64,000 bases of DNA from the human T2T-CHM13v2.0 reference genome, Homo sapiens, in the NCBI RefSeq assembly GCF_009914755.1, contig NC_060928.1, one strand, 5' to 3'. The notes beneath the pieces are model-generated. The model was not told the DNA's origin, did not search any database, and saw only the letters and a program-made list of their open reading frames with translations. Each line of letters begins with the position of its first letter. Position 1 is the first letter of the stretch. The position numbers were made by a program, and so were the translations under genes. This document shows positions 55,001-64,000 of the stretch, in pieces.

Positions 55001-57575
55001 ATGTTTCTTGATTTCCTTCAGTTGAGCACTGATTTTGGTTATTTCTTGTCCTCTGCTAGCTTTCGGGTTTATTTGCTCTTGCTTCTCTAATTCTTTCAGT
55101 TGTAATGTTAGGCTGTTCATTTGAGATCTTTGTAACTCTTTGATGTGGACATTTAGTGCTATGAATTTCACTATTAACACTGCCTTAGCTGTGTCCCAGA
55201 GATTCACTCATGTTGTATCTTTATTCTCATTAGTTTCAAATAAGTTCTTGACTTTTGCCTTAATTTCATTATCCAAAAGTCGTTCAGGAGCATGTTGTTT
55301 AATTTCCATGTAATTGCCTGAGTTTGAGGTATTTTTTTAGTCTTGACTTCTATTTTTATTGTGCTGTGTCCCAAGAGTGTGTTTGGTAGGATTTCAGTTC
55401 TTTTGCATTTGCTGAAGATTGTTTTATGTCCAATTGGACATTTTGTGGTCAATTTTAGAGTATGTGTCCTGTGGCAAAAAAAATGATGTCTATTCTTTGT
55501 TTTCAAGTGGAGAGTTCTATAGAGGTCTATCAGATCTATTTGGCTCAATGTTGAGTTCAGGTCCTGAATATCTTTGTTGATTTCCTGCCTTGATGATCTG
55601 TCTAATACTTTCAGTGGAATATTGAAGTCTCCCACTATTATTGTGTGGGAGTCTAAGACCTTTTGCAGGTGTCTAAGAACTTGCATTATGAATCTAGATG
55701 CTCCTGTGTTGGGTGCATACATATTTAAAAGTTAAGCCTTGTTGCTGTGTTAATTATGTTAATTATGGTAATTATTACATAATTGCCATTATGTAATATC
55801 TTCTTTGTCCTTTTTTTATCTTTATTGGTTTAAAATCTGTTTTGTCTGAAATTAGGATTGTAATTTCTGCTTTTTTTTCCTGATTTCCATTTGCTTGGTA
55901 GATTTTCCATTATCCCTTACTTTTAGTCTATAGGTGCCATTACCTGTGAGGTGGGTCTCTTGTAGACAGCATATCATTAGCTCCTGCTTTTTTGTCTAGC
56001 TTACCACTCTGTGCTTTTTAAGTGGATCATTTATCCCATTTACATTCAAGTTTAGTATTGAAATATGTGGATTTGATCCTGTCATTGTATTGTTAGCTGG
56101 TTATTGCAATGACTTGTTTGTCTGGTTGCTTTATAGTGTCACCGGTCTTCATATGTAAATGTGTTTTTGTATTGGCTGATAGCATTCTTCCTTCTATATT
56201 TAATGCTCCTTTCAAGATCTCTTGTAAGGCAGGTCTGGTGGAATGAATTCCCTCAACATTTGCTTATCTGAAAATGATCTTATCTCTCCTTCACTTAGGA
56301 AACTTAGTTTGGCTGGATATAAAATTCTTGGTTGGAGATATTTTTCTTTAATAATATTGAATATAGGTTCCCCAACTCTTCTAGCTTGTAGGGTTTCAGC
56401 TGAGATGTCTTCTCTTAGCCTGATGGGGTTCCCTTTGTAGGTGACCTGCCCTTTCTCTCTAGCTGCCTTTAGTGTTCTTTCTTTAATTTCAACCTTGGAA
56501 AATCTGATGATTATATTTCTGGGGAATGATCTTCTTGTGTAGAATCTAGCAGGAGTTCTCTGTATTTCCCAAATTTCACTGTTGGCCTTTCTAGCAAGGT
56601 TAGGGAAGTTTTCACAGATTATATTCTAAAATATGTTTTCTATGTTGCTGGCTTTCTCCTCTTCCTTTTCAGAGATGCTGATGATTCATAGATTTGGCTT
56701 CTTTATATAATTCCATACATCTTGGAGGTTTTGTTCATTCTGTTTTCTTTATTTTTGTCTGACTGTCTTCTTTTTTTTTTTTTTTTGTGACAGAGTCTCA
56801 TCTGTTGCCCAGGCTGGAGTGCAGTAGCACAATCTCAGCTCACTGCAACCTCCGCCTCCCAGGTTCAAGTGATTTCTGGCTAATTTTTGTTATTTTCAAT
56901 AGAGACGGGGTTTCACCATGTTTGCCAGGCTGGTCTCAAACTCCTGACCTCAAGTGATCAGCCCCCCTCAGCCTCCCAAAGTGCTAGGATTACAAGCATG
57001 AGCCACTGCTCCCGTCAATGACTGTCTGTTTTTAGGGAGCCAGTCTTCATGTCCTAAGATTTGTTCTTTAGCTTGATCTATTCTGCTGTTAATAGTTGTG
57101 ATTGCATTTGAAATTTGTACATTGTGTTATTCAGTTCCATCAAATCCATTAGGTTCTTTTTTATACTGGCTATTCCATCCTTCAGCTCCTGTACCATTTC
57201 ATTGTGATTCTTATTTTCCTTGGATTGGGTTTTGCTGTCCCCCTGAATCTTGATGATCTTTGTTCCTATCCATATTCTGAATCCTATTCCTGTCAGCCAG
57301 CTCTGCCTGGTTAAGAACTCTTGTTGGAGGACCTATTTGAGTTATTAGAGTTCTTGCGTTGGTTCTTTCTCATCTCTGCATGTGGGTGTTCCTTTACATG
57401 AAGTGTAGATTGAGTGCAGTCAGTAGACTTATTTTCTGGATGTTTTCACTAGGCCAGGGCTTTGTGCAGTCTTTATTGGAAGCTGGTTTCTTGTCTCTGG
57501 TTTCAGAAGTGGGGTATGTTAGCAAGATATTTTTGATGTTGAAGCTTTGGGGTGTGATCCAGTAGGTGGCACTTA
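52027..57575 (-). mobile_element. ~5.5 kb L1PA (PA15/16-like): 3' UTR, degraded ORF2 and ORF1, truncated near the 5' UTR
   Basis: Endonuclease remnant 55204-55722 (YAPNTGA...IIVGDFN), 54932-55207 (NLWDTAKAV), RT remnant 54186-54494 (QVGFIP...EKAFNKIQH); many stops and frameshifts. Confidence 0.95.
56770..57016 (-). mobile_element. AluS (Sx/Sz-like) with an internal deletion in the right arm, inserted in L1 ORF1
   Basis: 'aggttcaagtgatt|tctggctaatttttg' skips ~50 bp; TSD tgactgtct (56760-56768 / 57019-57027). Confidence 0.9.
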
Positions 57576-58379
57576 AATGATTCTTTTAACATAGCTGAAG
57601 AGGTATATGTTCAATCCACCTTCCCAAAAGAAATGAAGAAATTGTCTCTTAAAACAAGGTGGCAGGGCCAGATCAAACATAACTTTTATATCAAGTATTG
57701 GCTCAAAAAGAAAAAGTATATACCATGTAAAATAAAAAAGTGGAAACAACATGAGTCACAAAAATTTGAAATGAAAGGATGGGTTAAGACATAGAAGATA
57801 ACATAATATAAAGACTACAGGAGGCTTGGGCAGAAACACAATGGTTTTATGAGATAAAAACATTTTTTTTTACATCTACTTGCCAGTTGAAGCAGACAAA
57901 GAAAAATAACAATATAGAGAACATGCTTGTGAGTAGCCATAAAAATATTTTTAATGATCATATAATAGACAAAAATAAAACCATTTTTATAAAATTTTAA
58001 CTAGTGGAATTAGTCCATGTCGGATGCTTTGACACAGACTAATTTCTGATTTTAACTTTACCCCCCTATGCAAGCCAAATAATCTCTTTGTGTTTCAGTG
58101 TTCTTCTTGCAAAATGGAAATAGTAATGTTACCTACCTTATTTATTGTAAGAGTTTATTTATTGTAAGTAGTCAATGTTCTAGATCTTTCACTTAGTATT
58201 AACACTTACAAGACTTAAATACTTACAAGTATTTATTTAAATGCCAGCTACTACTACTTCTAGTTTTCTTATTCTCAAATACCTATTTCTCTGTTTCATA
58301 TATCTCTTTTTTGCAATCATTTTCTTTATTTTCCTTTGCTTCTGCATTCAAGTGACCAAGAATATGAATTTATCTCACA

Positions 58380-58580
58380 GTGACTAGCACTTTTCCCCTA
58401 CAGCACTTATGCCATATGTAATTATACATGTATTTGTCTATTTGTCTGTTGAATAACTGTCTTCATCATTAGATTGTAAGCTCATTAAGGACAGGGTGCA
58501 TACCTGATTTGGTTATTAGTCTAAGCCTACTAAAATGCTTGGCCCATATAAAATGTTAATTATTATTTGTGGAAGCAATG
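58380..58580. mobile_element. L2 3' end fragment
   Basis: 'tagattgtaagctcattaaggacaggg...tgcttggcccatataaaatgttaattattatttgt'. Confidence 0.65.
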
Positions 58581-59867
58581 AGAGAAAAGTTAACAGAAGA
58601 TACTTGATAAACATGTGTTCATTGAACACATTACCAAAAAAAAAGGGAAGAAGAAGGAGACAAAACTGTGGAAAATGTTATATAACCAAGGAAATAATGC
58701 AGGAAATGAAGAGAAAAATTATTCAGAAAATTGAAAGTACAAGGAAAAGAAAGATTTGTTCAATCTAATGTTTTTCTTAGCTTCATTTCTCTTGCAGAAA
58801 AATGTCTAAGAAGTATATATTTTAATTAAGAATGAAATGTGTATCTCATTACCAAGACACTTCAAGTTAGCACAAATATTCCTTTCATAACGATGGTAGA
58901 AAAATAACCTCATGTATAAAATAATATTTCATGCTTCATGTGGAAGATTCAGCAAAGACATTCACTGGAGACTAGTCCTCTAATTCATGCTCGTATCTAA
59001 AGAGGAATTACTCTGATTTCTGCAAGAAATTGGATTGGGTCAAAAAGGTTAGGCAAGGTTATAGAGCATTCAAGTATTTAAGTTGCTAGGAACTCTCTAT
59101 GAGACATCAGAAAAAGTAGGGAGCATATGTTGATAGGATTCTGTTTTCCAGAGGAAGAGAGAAAGAAGAAGGGAAGGCAAAAAAGAATTATTATTTTTGT
59201 CTCATAAAACATCATCTGCTCAGTAAGCAGGAACTGTGAAGCTCCCTGTGGAGTGCACAGGTCAGGATTTCTCTCATCCTGCTTAAGGAAAGTTGTATAG
59301 GGAGAATGTTTTCTAAACAAACACATTTCATTTTTCTCACTTAAGAGATTCCTGCTTGAAAACTGCTTGAAAACAGGAAGCACCGGGAAGTTAAAAGGAA
59401 ATAAAATTCTTGAAAGATTTCTAGGGGCTTCTTGAAAATTCACGTACTTCAGGGCATTCCAGGAAAAATGAGCCTCCAGCATGAAATACAGATCTCAGTG
59501 GAAGGAAATGAATGCATTTGAAACAACAGAGCCCACTTTTCCAATGGTCCATCCTAAGAGAGTTAAGCTAGGGATGTTCTAGAGACTTGCTTTCCCCTAT
59601 CAGTCACTCATTGAGGTCAGAAGAAATTCAGGAGTGGTAAAAGAGAGTTCAACAAACAATATGCATTAATAGCATCTCAAAAAAAGTAGAAAAAATATTG
59701 TCTTCCATTTTAGAATATTAAGGAAATAATTCTTGTAAACTCATTAAATGTCAATCACAATAAGCAGAGTAAGCAATAGTGGAATGGGAAGGAGAGGGAA
59801 CTTCAGACAGAGAGCATTTGGACATTCTGCCTTCCAGAGAAAAAGAACCAGAGCCAAAGCTACCATC

Positions 59868-60328
59868 TTGTATTTATGACAAATTTAGTTACAGATATAA
59901 TTGGCTTTTATTTGTGATTCATGAACTAAGGCAACCTCCAGTCTACAAAAAAGAATGAGTATTCCCACTGGGCAATACCAGAACAGTGGGTTTTGTAAAT
60001 GGGAAACCAAGAAACAGAACAATAGGAAAAACAAAACCAACCAACCAAACAAACAAAATGAATAAATTGGTTAACATCAGGTTACTTCCAGTTACATTTT
60101 TCAAGGGTTAAAGCACAGGGCACATCCTAATTACTCTGACTCAGGAAGATGCAATCTTCCGTTTTCAGGAAAAAAAAAAAAAAAAAAAAAAAAAGACAGT
60201 CCTAAGATCGATCTGCTTGCTTTGTGGTATTTAGCATGAGTGACTCCATTTTGGCTTTGTCTGGTCTGTTGGGGCCTAGTGCAGTAGCTCAGTCCAACAC
60301 AATGGTCTCACATAATTTTTGTTTAATA
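59868..60328 (-). mobile_element. ERV1 LTR of the MER31/MER67 group with an expanded A tract (60170-60194)
   Basis: Minus strand starts 'tattaaacaaaaattatgtgagaccattgtgttggactgagctactgcactaggccccaacagaccagac...aaaatggagtcactcatgctaa'; minus-strand AATAAA near 59907-59912. Confidence 0.75.
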
Positions 60329-60971
60329 CCTCATAATGCAATTTGACCTCTTCCTATCAACTTCTAAGAATATAGACATTTGAATTTTGCAATTGCCTAT
60401 AAAATAAGAAATTTGAAGAACAAAGTTCAGATTTATAGTGTAAGGAAAGGGAAAAGAAGGACGTTATTCATATGAGATTATTTATTACTATTATTTTATT
60501 TTTACTATTAATAATAACAAACGGTTTTTAATTTTCCAAAGGGAAAGTTCTACTTAGGGAAGACCAGATTTGATTTAAATGGATTGAAAACAGAAAGTAT
60601 AATAATATTAATTTCAATACATATTTGATAAATTCCAAGGACTCTTTTCTTTCTGTTTCTGGACTAATGGAGGGATTTTGGCTTTATGAGTCCTGAGCTT
60701 CTAAAGCGATAGAAGTAAAACTGCAAGATGAAACCAAAGGAGCACAGTGATTGACAATGTGGCTTAGGGGTGCCATGGGGTGTGAGTCACAGCATTGCCT
60801 TCCCAGATTGACTTACTTTCTAGTAAAATGGCAGCAACTTTAAACTTCATCTTGCTTGCCTGGTGAAAAGTATTCCCTCCAAATAGTTTATTTTTATACC
60901 TTTTTTGGTACAATAATGTACCACCTATTTAAACCTAGAAAATTTTAAAGTACTAAGAAATACAATCACCT

Positions 60972-61279
<308 letters not shown>

Positions 61280-64000
61280 TCACCTTCAGTAATTCATGAA
61301 AAAACCCTACAATTTATGTAAATAGACATGAAAAATTATGTAGACATTACAGATCATAACCATTGGAACATCATGCCAACTGACAATTATATCAGATATT
61401 TCAGGTATTGACTGTTAATTATATTAAAAATGACAGACTCTTTCTCTTAAACTCCAATAAGCTCACCAAAGACTTAGCTAGTTTTCTGGTTCTCCTGGAA
61501 GATAAAGAAGACTCTGACCTCTGCCCTCACTGAGATGATGGTCTTTTCATAAAAATCCATTACTTTAAAGAAAATCTGTTTGGTTCTTCACTCTGTTTAA
61601 TTTTGTCATTTTAAAAGGATCTTTGCCATGGAAGGCAAGCTAGTAGAGTACTGCTTTTTAGTGGGGGGGTGGGGGTGGGCAGTTTATGAACTCCAGATAA
61701 GAACACCTTGATACCTTTACTAACTATATACACTAGATAGGAGAGTGACCTGTAGGGTCTTCCACAGAGGTAATGGTGACCTTCTTAAGGGCTAGAATGT
61801 TATATATTTAACAAATGTGTGAGCAATTGCCATCTGGCAAACATCATTCTGGTCTTGTGACTGCTACAAAGATGATACAGAACAGAAGCCTTGTTTAGAA
61901 GCTTATCATCTGGCAATGGAGATGAAATATGTACATAAATAACTGCAGTGATAGTCAGAAGCAATATACAACCACCCTAAACAAACCCGATGCGAGAATA
62001 CAAATCACAGCATAATGAATTCCATTAGAGAGTAGATCATCTACAGAAGTTAAAACACAGACCGTTTCTTCTTCCTGGGAAATTGGGGATGTTTTTATGA
62101 AGAACAAGGCAAATTCTAAATGGAAAGACAGAATGTAAATTTGTGAAGTAAAGGACATGTTGGATATAAACAAGAACTTGGGCAAAAGAGATAGGCAAGA
62201 AATTACAGGACCTTTAAAGAAAATAAGAAATAGCCTATTTCTAGGGTTCCTAGGGTCACAGGAAATATCCTCGATAACGGCAGTAGAATTGAAGAATTAT
62301 GGAACAGGATCATGAGCTAAAGAAAGGTGACAGTATTTTGTTTTACCTGATTCTTCATTTACCTACCCCCTCTGTATTTATTTATTTATCTATTTCCATT
62401 TTGTATGTAATGTAAACAACCAAAGGGACCTCACATTTTGATTCTTCCACATATCAGTGGGCATAAGACACTAGTGACCAGCTTTTGAGAAACAGCGATG
62501 GTAAATCTGCGGTAATCATTGTGTCTTTCTCAGAGTTAATCATACCACTACAGTATTACTCTGCAATCATTTAGCCACAGTAAGAAAATTCATTTTAGAC
62601 AACGGATTTTCTAATTATTATTTTTTAATTTCTTTTGTTGAATGACTGGGGACTAGGGAGCCATTATTATATATATGCCTTTCAAAGTCAAACCTGGCTA
62701 AAGCTCTGAGTCTTTTTCAAACAACTTTATTAAATATTGTCAACACAAACACAGATAAAGTTGGGTTGTTCTGCAAGTTGATTTTCCTTTTCTTCAAATT
62801 AAATGATTATTTTAAACTGCAGAAAGAAGACAATCTTTTTTGTGAATGTGAGAGCTATTGATGTTCAGAAAGTATACTTTGACCATGGGTTTAAAAATCA
62901 TTAAATCAAACACTAACATGCAGACAATTTAGACCAAATGTAACATAAAGTATATAATATCTTTTCAAAATAAGGAAGAGAGATATTGTTACTGAGAATA
63001 AACAGTAAAGAAAGGAGAATCGGTAACTGAAAATTTAAACTTTTAAGGATGAAGAGGGTGAGCCATCTGGATTTAATCAGCATAAATCTATAGCTTGCAT
63101 TAGCTCCACAATTAAGACACTCATAAAAATCCACTGTGTGAGTAAGAGCTTTCCTGAATCATAATTTAACCATGATACTCTATCAAATGACTGTTTCATG
63201 CTTCAATTTAAAACCACAAAGAAAATGCATGAAACAAGTGAGTACTGAAAGGGAGAAAATATTTACCAATTGGTTAATTTTCTTCTTGTTAATAAAACTG
63301 ATAAAAATAATTCTTTTAATGATGTTTACTATTCTAATTTTAATGTTTAGTGTCATTATTTATCAATGACGTACAATAGTATTTACTACTACTAACATAG
63401 TAAAATAGATTTATTCTACATTTAATAAGACAAAATGAAAGATATTTTATAATTTAGAGAAAGCAATTATAATATTTTAGAAGAAGGAACTGTAATAGCA
63501 CCATAGTAATAATGTGTGGGGAACTACGGATGCTAGGTCCAGTGAGCTTGAAGTTTAGGAGACAATTTGCCATGAATTTAAATCGCTGTTTCATTTTGTT
63601 GCATTTTACATGTTTTAAAAATAAATTTCTGAAAAGATAGAAGATGCAAAGTTAACTGAAAAGCATAAAGTCTTGGAAAATCGTTAAATTGGAAAATGGT
63701 GGATCTCAAAGTCAGAGCTCTCAACACTTGAACAGTGGTATAGTGGGATCAAGTGAAAGTATCTATTGCACTTTTTTTTTCTTTTAAAACAGAAAGAAGA
63801 GTTCTAGGAAAGGAGACAGAAGTTGGGATCTGGAGCTCAGCAGAAACAGGAAATTCAGTCAGTAGACATTCAAAGAAATCTTGAAGAAGGGAATGAGATT
63901 TTCCATATTTCATGAGATGATGCCATGATCCAATTTTATTTCAATCCCTTTAAGTTAAATAACTTCAGTGGACATCTGGTTTACCAAGTAGCACGCCTGG

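Noticed and set aside
52027-57575. Potentially active L1
   Set aside because: ORFs are fragmented, ORF1 is interrupted by an Alu and the 5' promoter is missing.
59078-59482. 134-aa minus-strand ORF with ATG
   Set aside because: F/L-rich composition typical of AT-rich non-coding DNA; no homology that I recognise.
60170-60194. A25 tract as the tail of a retrocopy
   Set aside because: No TSD or upstream insert; LTR sequence continues on both sides, so it is more likely an expanded native A run.

Overview
This is AT-rich, repeat-dense primate genomic DNA, almost certainly human because it carries an AluYa5 with all five diagnostic bases. It reads as intergenic or deep-intronic sequence. I find no credible protein-coding exon, RNA gene, CpG island or CRISPR-like array. 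The ORF track is explained by Alu, L1, MaLR and simple-repeat sequence or by chance. The window holds 12 Alus plus a ~50 bp Alu remnant, four large L1s and shorter L1 fragments, a two-LTR THE1A with a 5-bp TSD, an internally deleted two-LTR MSTA, a MER11 (HERV-K/HML-8) solo LTR with a 6-bp TSD, several MLT1/MLT2/MST/MER31-type LTRs, DNA-transposon fossils (Tigger3, MER44A, mariner-like) and many MIR/L2 fragments. Repeat subfamily names come from my recall of consensus sequences, not from a search. I did not find a convincing new biological system. The best leads are a CpG-retaining stretch with an ETS motif (26.1-27.0 kb), young and possibly polymorphic Alus, DUX4 motifs in THE1 LTRs, three triple-nested insertions, and several template-switch-like scars.
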